IMG/VR virus record: IMGVR_UViG_3300042431_000096
Location: 1-28,524 of that record
Origin: a virus
Taxonomy: Duplodnaviria; Caudoviricetes
DNA length: 28,524 nt
Strand: one strand, 5' to 3'
A program made the translations under genes and the position numbers. Every line of letters starts with the position of its first letter. The stretch's first letter is position 1. Below are positions 1 through 9,547 of the stretch, in pieces. The notes under the pieces are model-generated. The model did no database searches. It was not told where the DNA came from and saw only the letters and a program-made list of their open reading frames with translations.

Positions 1-2450
1 GTAAGCTGTACTGTGCTATCGCTCAGGATGAAGGCAGTGCCTGCACCATTCTTCGCTCCGATCAAGGAGATCGTAGAAGCCAGCGCGGCGTCACCGCTTA
101 TACGGGCGTTACTCTCGTTGGTCACCGTAGCTGACAGAGACGATACCGAACCTTCGACACTATCGATCTCAGCACCGAGCGCAGCCGCGAGGCTTTGTCG
201 AGCAGAGGCTTCTGCCGCAATGGCAGTCGAACGGGTCGACTGTTCAGTGACGATAGCAGCACCGACGAGATCAATCTCAGCCTCTAGGTCTCCCCTGAGG
301 GTCGACAGAAGAGAGTTACGAGTAGCTGCTTCAGAAGACAGGGCGTTGGCTCTGGTAGTGGCTTCGTTCAAGATAGCCGCAGAGACGTCGCTTATGTCAC
401 CGAGGAGTTCGTCACGCACTGAGGACACCTGAGTGTTCCTTGCGGTGGTCTCAGCAGCGATGGCAGTTGACCTTGCAGACTGCTCCGCCGTGATCGCCGC
501 CGAGATTGCAGACGCTCTGGCCGTTGTCTCGTTATCGATCTTAGTGTTGAGCGTAGCGCCTAGCTGTTGTCGTGCGGTTGCTTCCGATGCGATCTGGGAT
601 GCTCTTGTAGAGGACTCACTGGTGATAGCAGCCGACAGAGCGTCGATGTCACCTTCCAGTGCTCCCTGAAGAGTAGAGACCTGAGCGTTACGTGCGGAAG
701 TCTCCGCCGCGATAGCTGTTGACCGGGCCGTCTGCTCCGCCGTGATCGCAGCCGTAATCGCCGCAGTTCGTGCGGAGGTTTCGCCATCAATCTTGGTGTC
801 GAGCGTGGTGCCTAGAAGCTGTCTTGCGGTTGCCTCCGCTGCGACCTGAGAGGCCCTAGTGGAGGACTCGCTTGTGATCGCAGCCGTGAGGCTGTCTATG
901 TCACCTTCAAGATCACCACGTAGCCCCGCGATCTGCGAAGTACGTGCTGAGGTCTCAGCAGAGATTGCAGTTGACCTCGCGGCTTGCTCCGCCGTGATCG
1001 CCGCTGTTCTCGCTGCTGTCTCATCGTCTATCTTCGTATTGAGTGTTGTACCCAACGTCTGACGTGCAGACGCCTCAGCGGCTATCTGAGTAGCTCTGGT
1101 TGAGGACTCGTTTGTTATCGCTGCTGCGACTGCGTCAATATCACCCTCGAGATCACCGCGAAGCCCCGCGATCTGCGAAGTACGTGCGGTAGTCTCTGCT
1201 GAGATTGCCGAGGCTCTTGCAGATTGCTCTGCCGTGATCGCTGCTTGTCTAGCTGCTGTCTCGCCGTTGATCAGCGTAGTCAGAGAAGCGCCTAGCTGGG
1301 TGCGTTCGGTAGCCTCGGCTTCAAGAGCCGTGGTCCGCGCAGCTTGTTCTGCCGTGATGGCAGCAGCCCGTGTGGATGCTTCGTTGTTAATGGCGGTTGT
1401 GAGAGCGGCACCTAGCTGGGATCGTTGAGTAGCCTCGGCTGCAATGGCGGTTGCCCGCGTGGTCGCTTCGTTGTTAATCGCTGCCGCGTTACCTGAAATA
1501 CCAGACGATAGAGTCGTTAGGCGGGTAGCGAGGGTCTCAGTGGGTGTCACCCGTATCCGGGAAAGATCGAGGATGAAGGCCGTGCTGTCCCCGTTCTTCG
1601 CACCCAGTAGGGCGATGTCAGAGGCAAGAGCTGCGTCCCCAGCTATCCGTGCGTTGGTTTCGTTCAAGACAAGCGTAGCAATGCCCTGCCCGTCACCGAG
1701 GTCTGTAAGAGCGTCCACGACAGCCGTCAGGCCGTCTTGGTCGACCCTTAGGGCGTCTAGGGCTGCTTTGAGGGCGGTGTTGCCTAGCGCCGGGTTCTGT
1801 ACCGTCGCATTGACTTGAGCAAGCTCTGTGCCCAGACCATCTATCTCACCCAAGAGGGAAGCATTGATCTGATCAAGCTCTGTTCCCAACCCGTTGATCT
1901 CACTGGTCAGGGTTGAACCGAGTTGATCCAACTCCGTGCCTAGCCCGTCGAGCTGAACCGAGAGTACGGTTGTCAGGGCCGCATTGTTATCGAGATCATT
2001 GATGCGTTGCTGGAGGGTACCCAGTAGGGCATCCCCGAGGACGACAGTAGCCAACTGATCAGCAACCTCGTCAGGTGTAAGGACAAGACCGTTAGCCTCT
2101 CCGATGCGGACTAAGGCGGTATCGAGCTTGGCCTCGTAAAATGCTGTGATCTCCTGCTGCTTGTACAGGAGCTGGAGGACTGCGGTGTTCAGGTCCTCTT
2201 CTGTGAGGACCGCGCCGTTCTGGAAATCAACCAGTGCGGCCAGAATAGGGGTGTTACGGCGAACCTCAACAATCGCCCCGGTGCCCGGAGGGGTAGACAA
2301 CCGCAGACGCGATTGGTTTACCCACTCCAGTACCGAGGTGAGGGAGCCATTAACACGCACCTCTACGTGGGTGTTGGACAGGTACGGAAAGGGGACATCG
2401 AAGTCCGCCTGACCGCCAGTCGCCACGTAGGTGACGAGGGGTTGTGTCAA
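1..2450 (-). CDS. Tail fibre protein (T7 gp17-like N-terminal adaptor plus long Ala/Thr-rich repeat shaft), 3'-truncated by the window edge
   Basis: Not in the ORF track because it runs off the edge. AGGAG RBS, then TTG at 2450, gives MTQPLVTYVATGGQADFDVPFPYLSNTHVEVRVNG, which resembles the T7 tail-fibre N-terminus. It follows the gp16-like gene. Motifs at 1664, 480 and 119 are in the same frame (spot-checked, not every codon). Confidence 0.85.
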   Translation of the reverse strand, partial: MTQPLVTYVATGGQADFDVPFPYLSNTHVEVRVNGSLTSVLEWVNQSRLRLSTPPGTGAIVEVRRNTPILAALVDFQNGAVLTEEDLNTAVLQLLYKQQEITAFYEAKLDTALVRIGEANGLVLTPDEVADQLATVVLGDALLGTLQQRINDLDNNAALTTVLSVQLDGLGTELDQLGSTLTSEINGLGTELDQINASLLGEIDGLGTELAQVNATVQNPALGNTALKAALDALRVDQDGLTAVVDALTDLGDGQGIATLVLNETNARIAGDAALASDIALLGAKNGDSTAFILDLSRIRVTPTETLATRLTTLSSGISGNAAAINNEATTRATAIAAEATQRSQLGAALTTAINNEASTRAAAITAEQAARTTALEAEATERTQLGASLTTLINGETAARQAAITAEQSARASAISAETTARTSQIAGLRGDLEGDIDAVAAAITNESSTRATQIAAEASARQTLGTTLNTKIDDETAARTAAITAEQAARSTAISAETSARTSQIAGLRGDLEGDIDSLTAAITSESSTRASQVAAEATARQLLGTTLDTKIDGETSARTAAITAAITAEQTARSTAIAAETSARNAQVSTLQGALEGDIDALSAAITSESSTRASQIASEATARQQLGATLNTKIDNETTARASAISAAITAEQSARSTAIAAETTARNTQVSSVRDELLGDISDVSAAILNEATTRANALSSEAATRNSLLSTLRGDLEAEIDLVGAAIVTEQSTRSTAIAAEASARQSLAAALGAEIDSVEGSVSSLSATVTNESNARISGDAALASTISLIGAKNGAGTAFILSDSTVQL
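241..1450 (-). repeat. Degenerate tandem coding repeats in the tail fibre (about 80-84 aa units)
   Basis: The anchor TG(C/T)TC.G..(G)TGAT (AAITAEQ-like) recurs at 241, 481, 733, 985, 1225 and 1345, with spacings 240/252/252/240/120 nt, all multiples of 3. Confidence 0.85.
1822..1950 (-). repeat. Three 54-nt (18 aa) coding repeats, (D/N)GLGTEL(D/A)Q
   Basis: Similar blocks start at 1822, 1876 and 1930. Confidence 0.75.
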
Positions 2451-2459
2451 TATCTCTCC

Positions 2460-5400
2460 TTATTGAACGGGCAGGCCCATCAGTTCAGTGTCCCTCTTCG
2501 CCAAGGCTTCTGCCTGACGGGTTTCGAGGTTCATTGCGATGTAGTCCTGCAACGACTTTGTGTACGCCTTCTTGCCCGCGTAGGACGGGCTTCGTTGCTC
2601 TAGGATATCCCAAGCAGGCTTGTTGAACTCAGCCATCGTTTCGACGATAGCCTTACGCTTATCTTCTTTCCGGCGGAGCGTCTGGAACCAAGGGTCCTCG
2701 AAGAGAGAACCTAGCGCCTGCTCCATCGTGAGGCCGTCCTCGTTGATGGCTTCCTTGCCACGGATACGACGGACCTCAGCCAGCTCATCGCTGTTGAGAT
2801 CGAAGCCGTCCGGGTCGGACTTGCGTAGGGTATTGATATCGATCCCGAGTTCACGGAGCTGCCGCTTCACAGGACTGATAGCTTCCCCTTCAGTCAACTC
2901 GGAGGAACCGAAGGTGAGACCGACGGTACGAGCTTTGACTTCATCACCGAATGGATCGATGCGAGGGGCAAGACCCCAACCGGCACCGGGAATGGTCCTC
3001 AGGAGCGTATCGGTCCAACCAACGGTCTCTATCGCGCTGTCGCGGAAGGTATCGTTGATCTGCCGAGAGATGCCGCTGAACGGGATCATACGGGTGGTAG
3101 CGTTCTGGAGTATCTTCTCGATACCAGTCCAGCTCCCATTCTGGGGACCGCTAAGGGCTTCGAGTGCGTCCGAGAGTGACTTCATGTAGCTCTTACTCAG
3201 GATCGCATCAAACGTCCCAGCAACAACCGTAGCGCCCACGCCCCGGATAACTTCCTGCATCTCGTAGTCCGCGCTTTCAGACCAACCCTGCTTGAGAGCT
3301 TGGCCGATCACAGCGCCCATACCTACGGTGAAGGAGAACGGGTCAAGACGACCGATTTCGATGAAGCCTCCGCCGATCAGGTTCAGACGCATCGGAGGAC
3401 CGGCGTCGAGATTGGCGGAGTTCTGGAAGCCCCCGTTGGTGGCTGTGACGGCACCGGCAAGCCCTGCGGCGATACCGATGTTAAACATCATGCTACCAGC
3501 TTCGACCCGAGCCTTTGCAAGCTCTGCGTCTGGGCCACCCTTCTCGATGATCTTCTTGATCTCAGGAGCGTACTTCCCGAACGGGCCATAGTTCACCACG
3601 CCCTGCTCGAAGAGCCGGATCGGAGTGCGGACATACGGGAACACCAGACCGACACGGTCGATGGCGTTGATGAAGTTCGCGCTGGTCTTACCGAGAGTGG
3701 TCTGAGGTCCGTCCATGAACAGGACTTGGTCAGCCTCATCGTCCACGATCTTTGCCAGATCGCGAAGGAAGCTGGCCTCAGCATTCAGCTCGGTCGGGTT
3801 CGTCAGTAGAGCCTCTTCCACGCGGTCGAGGATTTCCGAAGGAGGTAGTTCAGCAAGGTCCTTGGCCCTAGCTTCCACATACTTACCCATCTGGTCCATG
3901 TTCAGTCCCATCTCCTGCGCCTCGCGGACAGCGAAGCGAGTTGCTTGGGCGTAGGTCTCTTTGACCCGGATGAACTCACGACCCCAGTCATCCAGTGAGG
4001 CCGTGAAGAGCTTCATGGATGCACCGCTGGTTGCGTCGATGGTGTTTGCAGTGACTGCGCGGGCTTTCTCTAGGTGATAGATCAGGTTCCCGAGAGCACC
4101 ACCACCTGCCTTGTATCCATCAACCCGCTGGTTGAATGCTTCAAGGTCAGTGACAGCCAGTCGGCCCTTCTCATCAAACTCACGCATAGCGTTCGGAGCG
4201 TAGCCAGACTTCAACATGGTCTCACGCTGGAGCCGTGCCTTAGTCGCTACCTTTCCGGTGCCCCAGCCAACGGCTGCAACACGCTCTACGTCAGTCCAGA
4301 ACTCCCACTTCACGCGCTTGGCTAGGGCCTTGAGGCCTTCGCGGTGCGCCTTCCAGTAGACAGCCTTCGATGCTTCACGCTCAAACCGCATGGCTTGAGC
4401 TTCAGTCATCTTACCGGCCTTTTCGAGGTTCTTGATGGCCTTGCCACGGGCGATGTTGTTTCTGAATAGGTCGTTGAGGACCAGAGAGATACCGTTGAAT
4501 AAACCAGTGGCCGGTGTCAGGGCGTTGGAGCGTAGGAACAGTGACACGCTGTTGATTGCGCGGTCCCATACACCGAACGCTTTGGCTTCCTTAGGATCGA
4601 GGAGGGTGTCAATGACTTCCTCAGTCTGATCCATGCGACCAATACGGCTCATGAGTGCCTTGAGGTTGGTATCTCCCAGCTCGGCGATGCTCTCAGCGAT
4701 CCTCGCTTTGATCTCTTCCTTTGAAAGCTGGTTGGTGATCTCAAGGTTACGAGCCTTGGTGCCGTGTGAAAGGACACCGAGGGTACGGCCTGCGTTTGAC
4801 AGGACACCCCGTGATAGAGTGAATTGATACGCTGCCTCAGCGATGGCGTCAGCAACACGTTCCCGTGCACCTTCTTCGCCTGCAATGATCTTGGGCAGCT
4901 CTACCTCACGCAGCTTCAGTAGACGACCGGCTGCGAGAAACATGGTGTGCTGTTCGATACGTGCATCAATGTAGCCAGTACGTGAAGCCTCATATCGAGC
5001 CTCGGAGTCCGCGATGGACAGGCCCTTGCGAAGCTCCTTGGTGACATCGCGCTCCATTCCTTCGAGTGTGCGCTTACCGATGCCAGCTTTCTTAGCCAGC
5101 TTCTGTGTGGCTTCTTCGAACAGCTCGGCAGCCATAGCCGCCCGCTCTGCACTGTACTCTCCCTCAGCGGTTGTGACGCGAAGGAGTGAGCGATAATGCG
5201 GATCTTGAGCTACCGTACCGTTGGCCTCAGCGTCATCGATGCGCTTCAGGAGGGCAACAGCCTCTTCCTGCGTCATCTTACCGAGGCGCTGCTCCACGGC
5301 CCTCAGGGCTATTGCAGGATCACCGATGAGTTCCCGAGCGGTGATCAATGCACCATCATCGAGCTTGTCGAGGGTTGCGTCAGCCAGCTCGTCGGTTGCC

Positions 5401-6074
5401 CCTGAGGGATTACGGGTAACTGAGGTCTTCTTCCCGAGCGGGGAAGGGTTCGCTGTAGTCTCAGCGTTGAATGTCAGATCGTCATCGAAGCGAACATCAT
5501 CAGCTCCGATGGATACTGGCTTGCCACGCTTGAGCAGCGAGACAGCCTTACGTCCACCTGCGGATACTGCGGGGACAATCAGGGCGGACAGCAGGTAACC
5601 ACCGGCTGCACCGAAGGCCGCGCCGCCGAGTGCGCCGTCGAGACGCTCCCCGAAGCTACCTTCGTCTGAGCCTAGCCCATAGACACCGCCATAGACGCCG
5701 CCTGCTACCGTGGCTGATCGAACAGAGCGTCCGCCCCATCCGAGGAATGGAACGAAACCACCTGCCACCTGACCACTTAGCGTTGACCAGAAGTTCTGCT
5801 CCTGCGTGACTTCCATGAACGCCCGGTTCTCATCGAGAGCCGTGTCGTAGTCTTTACCGAGGAAGAAGGAATCCAGCCCAGCGCCGATCTCGTCCATGAA
5901 GCCGAGCGTAAGTGTGTCGGCGGCACCGAGGACGGCTGCGTCCACGGCATTAACGACCGACCAACGCTCTGCGCGTTCCTTGCGGACGCGATCCCTGATC
6001 ACTGACTTCCGCTCTTCGGGATTGTCAGTAGGACCGAGGGCCTCCATTTTGGATTGATATGCTGCGCTGGGCAT
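2460..6074 (-). CDS. Large internal virion / DNA ejection protein (gp16-position, 1204 aa)
   Basis: Size and position between the gp15-like gene and the tail fibre. Gly/Ala-rich hydrophobic segments near the N-terminus are typical of ejection proteins. Confidence 0.75.
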   Translation of the reverse strand: MPSAAYQSKMEALGPTDNPEERKSVIRDRVRKERAERWSVVNAVDAAVLGAADTLTLGFMDEIGAGLDSFFLGKDYDTALDENRAFMEVTQEQNFWSTLSGQVAGGFVPFLGWGGRSVRSATVAGGVYGGVYGLGSDEGSFGERLDGALGGAAFGAAGGYLLSALIVPAVSAGGRKAVSLLKRGKPVSIGADDVRFDDDLTFNAETTANPSPLGKKTSVTRNPSGATDELADATLDKLDDGALITARELIGDPAIALRAVEQRLGKMTQEEAVALLKRIDDAEANGTVAQDPHYRSLLRVTTAEGEYSAERAAMAAELFEEATQKLAKKAGIGKRTLEGMERDVTKELRKGLSIADSEARYEASRTGYIDARIEQHTMFLAAGRLLKLREVELPKIIAGEEGARERVADAIAEAAYQFTLSRGVLSNAGRTLGVLSHGTKARNLEITNQLSKEEIKARIAESIAELGDTNLKALMSRIGRMDQTEEVIDTLLDPKEAKAFGVWDRAINSVSLFLRSNALTPATGLFNGISLVLNDLFRNNIARGKAIKNLEKAGKMTEAQAMRFEREASKAVYWKAHREGLKALAKRVKWEFWTDVERVAAVGWGTGKVATKARLQRETMLKSGYAPNAMREFDEKGRLAVTDLEAFNQRVDGYKAGGGALGNLIYHLEKARAVTANTIDATSGASMKLFTASLDDWGREFIRVKETYAQATRFAVREAQEMGLNMDQMGKYVEARAKDLAELPPSEILDRVEEALLTNPTELNAEASFLRDLAKIVDDEADQVLFMDGPQTTLGKTSANFINAIDRVGLVFPYVRTPIRLFEQGVVNYGPFGKYAPEIKKIIEKGGPDAELAKARVEAGSMMFNIGIAAGLAGAVTATNGGFQNSANLDAGPPMRLNLIGGGFIEIGRLDPFSFTVGMGAVIGQALKQGWSESADYEMQEVIRGVGATVVAGTFDAILSKSYMKSLSDALEALSGPQNGSWTGIEKILQNATTRMIPFSGISRQINDTFRDSAIETVGWTDTLLRTIPGAGWGLAPRIDPFGDEVKARTVGLTFGSSELTEGEAISPVKRQLRELGIDINTLRKSDPDGFDLNSDELAEVRRIRGKEAINEDGLTMEQALGSLFEDPWFQTLRRKEDKRKAIVETMAEFNKPAWDILEQRSPSYAGKKAYTKSLQDYIAMNLETRQAEALAKRDTELMGLPVQ

Positions 6075-6086
6075 GGGGTTTCCTTG

Positions 6087-8387
6087 TTACTTGGGTTTCG
6101 GCTTGGTCGGCTTTCGGCCAGCAATGTACCGGGGGATTTGAGCGTCGAGGTAATCCTCAGATTTCTTGAGGTAGTCTTCGACACGATCCGGTGTGACTTG
6201 GCCTTCTGCAAACTGAGCAACCCGGATGTTGATCTGCTCATCGAGCCACCTCTCCGCCTCTTTGTGTAAGGGCGGTGGGAGCTGACGCTTGATGTCTGCA
6301 AGATAGATCGCCCGCCAGCTTGTGACCGTCGCGGCACCTTTACGTACCTGAGGGTTATCTGCGGTGAGCTTGGCGATCTTATTGATCTGCTCAGTGGTCT
6401 GAAGGATTTCTGCACGGACCAGTGGGTCTGTCTCCTTCGCTGCCATCTCTAGGACCTTCTTACGGGCCGCAGCAGGTGACATCGCACCGGATACAACCGG
6501 AGCCACGATGGCGTTCACAGAGTTCTCTGCGCGGTCCCTGCGGGCCGTGTTGAGTGACTGTTCGTCCTCAGCTTCCGACTGGCGGAACTCGCTCTCTGCC
6601 TGACGCTCGTCCTGTTCAATGATGCTGATGAGTGACCGACCTTCGTCGATACCGATCTCACCGCTCTGCATTGCCGTGCGGACTTCCGTGATCGTAGCTG
6701 GGCTACCGATACCAGACAGACGGGCTGCGTAGCCAAGGGCTGCTTCAGTCTGCTTCTCTTTACGGGCTGCTTCATAGGCGGTGTTGAACCGCTGATCAGA
6801 CACCCGCAGTGCACTGCTGTACTTTGCCCGCTCTTCCGGGTTCAGAGAGTAAGCTCCTGAGGGTCCAGTAAGATTGGCCGAGTTCGGCATACGGTCGAGG
6901 AGTGATGTAGCAGATGCCGGGTTGATCACTGAAGGATCGATGGCGTCGAGGGAGGCTTCCCCTGCTCCACCTTCGAGGCCCTGTGAGGCGAACCGACGAG
7001 CTGCACTTGCCCGAGCCTTGCGTGACTTACCGTTCGACCGTTCATAGAACCGATCGATCAGCTCCGCTGCTTGCTCAGGGGTCTTGGCTGCGAGGATTTG
7101 ATCCCGCTGCTCAACAGTCATCCCTGCCTTGCCGGGGTTCTTCATCTCCCATGCAACAAAGCGGACCTGCTCTTCGAGGGTCGCGTTGCGTGGGTGCTTG
7201 CCGATGACCTGCTTGAAGTTATCGACGCGGTCGAACCGCCACTGTGCTAGGCCGTGAGCTGTACCGCCGTCACCAGAGTTCTTGTTCTTACCGAGGGCGC
7301 TTTCGTGTTCGAAGTTCCCAAGGAAACCAGCGATCACCGCATCCGACATACCGGAGGACCGGAGGCCCGTGGTGATAGTACCGGCAGGTCCTTTGGGGAC
7401 AAACGGTGCCTTAGCGGGTTCTGCGGCGGCTGCGTTGGTGGAAGCCGGGACAGGAACCTCACCGACCACAGGGGCCTGATCAGGGTTCTGGCGGGATGCC
7501 ACAAGTGACCGGCGGATGCTGCGGGCCTTGTTCTGGAGTTCAAGAGCCTTTGTGGGATCAGTCTCTAGGGCTTCGATTGCCTGAGCTTCAAGCTCTGCGA
7601 TCTCTCCATCGAACACAGCCAGCATCGCCTCTTTACGGCGGGCAGGTGGGACGAAGGACGGGAATGCCTTGAAGCGGGCTTCGAAGTCCACTGGCTCACC
7701 CATACGGATTGCCGAGCGGAGAACTTCAGTCTCGTTAGCGACTGCCTCGTTCACGAACTCCTGCTCGATCTCTCCGTTGATGACAGAGACGATACGGGCA
7801 CGGGTGGCTTCCATCTGATCGGCCACCCAGTACGCGGACTGCGGTGAACCGAAGTCACGGACTTTCGTGTCATCTTCAGGATCGAGACCGAACTGGCGGA
7901 GCTTGGCGTCAACCGCCTGCTCAATAATAGCTAGGCGCTCTTCCGGTGTATCGGCTTCGAGATACTCAGGGCTACCACGGGCTGCCTTCGTGACATCATC
8001 GAGTTCCTCTTGGGTCTTCGACCAGTCACGGCGGGTGCGGCTCATGGATACGGACTCGCGGTAGGCGAGGCTCTTCTTGAATTTCTCTGGATCAACCACC
8101 CCTGCTGCAAAGTCAGCAGAGCCAGCGGCTGTGTCCTGTATTCTGTTCTTGTTGTCGAGTGCGTCCTGCCGCTCCACGAAGGAGCCAGCAGCTCCGTTGA
8201 CCCGGCGGGCGAAGTCCATCAGGGCTTCAGCTCCGCCAACGTCACCTCGGGTGCCACTGCGGATGTCATTCGATGCACGGCGGTCGACCTGATCGACCAT
8301 ACGCCGTGACGAGATAATGCTGTCTCGGCGGGCTGTCGGGCGGTCAGCTACCGGGGTGCGGTTCTGGTTCCTTGATAGGTCAGCCAT
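6087..8387 (-). CDS. Internal virion protein (gp15-position) with a phage-tail-lysozyme-type muralytic domain
   Basis: Central motif AVIAGFLGNFEHES...GGTAHGLAQW...EEQVRFVAWEM...TPEQAAELIDRFYERS matches the phage tail lysozyme pattern. Synteny agrees. Confidence 0.8.
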   Translation of the reverse strand: MADLSRNQNRTPVADRPTARRDSIISSRRMVDQVDRRASNDIRSGTRGDVGGAEALMDFARRVNGAAGSFVERQDALDNKNRIQDTAAGSADFAAGVVDPEKFKKSLAYRESVSMSRTRRDWSKTQEELDDVTKAARGSPEYLEADTPEERLAIIEQAVDAKLRQFGLDPEDDTKVRDFGSPQSAYWVADQMEATRARIVSVINGEIEQEFVNEAVANETEVLRSAIRMGEPVDFEARFKAFPSFVPPARRKEAMLAVFDGEIAELEAQAIEALETDPTKALELQNKARSIRRSLVASRQNPDQAPVVGEVPVPASTNAAAAEPAKAPFVPKGPAGTITTGLRSSGMSDAVIAGFLGNFEHESALGKNKNSGDGGTAHGLAQWRFDRVDNFKQVIGKHPRNATLEEQVRFVAWEMKNPGKAGMTVEQRDQILAAKTPEQAAELIDRFYERSNGKSRKARASAARRFASQGLEGGAGEASLDAIDPSVINPASATSLLDRMPNSANLTGPSGAYSLNPEERAKYSSALRVSDQRFNTAYEAARKEKQTEAALGYAARLSGIGSPATITEVRTAMQSGEIGIDEGRSLISIIEQDERQAESEFRQSEAEDEQSLNTARRDRAENSVNAIVAPVVSGAMSPAAARKKVLEMAAKETDPLVRAEILQTTEQINKIAKLTADNPQVRKGAATVTSWRAIYLADIKRQLPPPLHKEAERWLDEQINIRVAQFAEGQVTPDRVEDYLKKSEDYLDAQIPRYIAGRKPTKPKPK

Positions 8388-8390
8388 TGG

Positions 8391-8876
8391 TTACCCCCTA
8401 GGTGCTGATGGTGTGCTCTTCTTGATCGCCGCTGCGTCCAGCTTGGCCCAACCGTCCGCTGCTGCGGATGCGATGTTGAGGCCTGCGCCGAGTGCTGTCG
8501 GCTTCTGGATGCGTGAAAGGGCTGATGCGGTTTCGGCCTGAGCTGCCGTGTTGCGGCTCTCTAGGTTCGCGAGGATACGATCTCGGTTCAATTCACCCTG
8601 CATCGCGCTGTCGCGGAGGAGAGCTTCAACCGAACCGGATGATAGCGATAGGCCAGCCTCACCGGCTGCTGTACGGATACGCGCCTGTTCACGGCGGGCT
8701 GCCCGCATGGCATCGAAGGTTTCTGCGGTGGCAACCTGACGGTTCTCCTCGCGGACAACCATAGCTTGCTCATTCAGAGCCTTAGTCTGCGACTTGGCGG
8801 ACTTGATCTGGGCGACAGTAGATGTCGCAGCGGTAGCCACTGAAAGGACCACCGAGGCTGTTAATGGGTCACACAC
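8391..8876 (-). CDS. Internal virion protein (T7 gp14-like)
   Basis: MCDP start, hydrophobic N-terminus, Ala/Gln-rich helix, AGEAGLSLSSGS motif, and synteny. Confidence 0.8.
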   Translation of the reverse strand: MCDPLTASVVLSVATAATSTVAQIKSAKSQTKALNEQAMVVREENRQVATAETFDAMRAARREQARIRTAAGEAGLSLSSGSVEALLRDSAMQGELNRDRILANLESRNTAAQAETASALSRIQKPTALGAGLNIASAAADGWAKLDAAAIKKSTPSAPRG

Positions 8877-8877
8877 G

Positions 8878-9066
8878 TCATAGTACCTTACGGATTAACT
8901 TCACCGGGCTGGTCTTGGGCATGACGCGCATCAGGCCACTCATCCCGAGGCGGGTGAGCAGCTCTTGCTGTCGCTTCTTGTCCTCCTCAGGGGAGCCTCG
9001 GTAAACTGTGGTTGGTGCCGGGTTCTCGTAGTTGACGAGTACCGACCTAGGATCAGGTACGCACAT
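8878..9066 (-). CDS. Small hypothetical protein (62 aa, MCVPDPRSVLVNYENP...)
   Basis: ATG at 9066 overlaps the end of the gp13-like gene. The ORF exactly fills the gap to the gp14-like start. The longer 108-aa version in the track overlaps gp13 and is unlikely. Confidence 0.55.
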   Translation of the reverse strand: MCVPDPRSVLVNYENPAPTTVYRGSPEEDKKRQQELLTRLGMSGLMRVMPKTSPVKLIRKVL

Positions 9067-9547
9067 TTGCTGCTGTCCTTGCGAAGATGGTGAAGGGGAG
9101 GCCTTCAGGCCCCATTGGTTGCTTACCGATCTCACGGAACCCGCCCCATGCCAGCCAGCGGCGTGACAAGTGGTTCCGGTCGTCGATGAAATTCCATAGG
9201 GCAATCGGGTAGGCTTCGTTCAGTAGATCGAAGGCGGGCCGTGAGGCTCTCGCGATCCCGATTGCTTCCCGGTCAATGCCGGGGGTTCCCACCATCCACA
9301 CTACACCGACACCGGGCAGAGGATGAGGGGCTGCGCCGAACACGACACAGGGGTTGTTATGCCGATCCGTGGCCACAAAGCAGTGGCTGGAGATTTCGGC
9401 AGATACGCGGATAGCTTCGTGGGGGCTTACCCCCGACATGGCCGCGATTTCTTCAATATCAGTTGGCCGCAGATGTTCTGCGATATGATCCAGCCACGCC
9501 TCCGCCACAGCGGGATCGGTGTGACGAAGGTCGTGGATGGTTATCAT
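9053..9547 (-). CDS. T7 gp13-like protein (internal virion protein A, GNAT-like fold)
   Basis: HLRPTDIEEI...GVVWMVGT...LWNFIDDRNHLSRRWLAWGGF motifs. It lies directly after tail tube B. Confidence 0.85.
   Translation of the reverse strand: MITIHDLRHTDPAVAEAWLDHIAEHLRPTDIEEIAAMSGVSPHEAIRVSAEISSHCFVATDRHNNPCVVFGAAPHPLPGVGVVWMVGTPGIDREAIGIARASRPAFDLLNEAYPIALWNFIDDRNHLSRRWLAWGGFREIGKQPMGPEGLPFTIFARTAANVRT

Noticed and set aside
241-1450. Possible CRISPR array or DGR repeats
   Set aside because: The repeats are degenerate, in-frame coding units with no spacers, and no reverse transcriptase is present.
13-1818. Series of plus-strand Ala/Ser/Val-rich ORFs
   Set aside because: They are antisense shadows of the repetitive minus-strand tail fibre and have no recognisable motifs.
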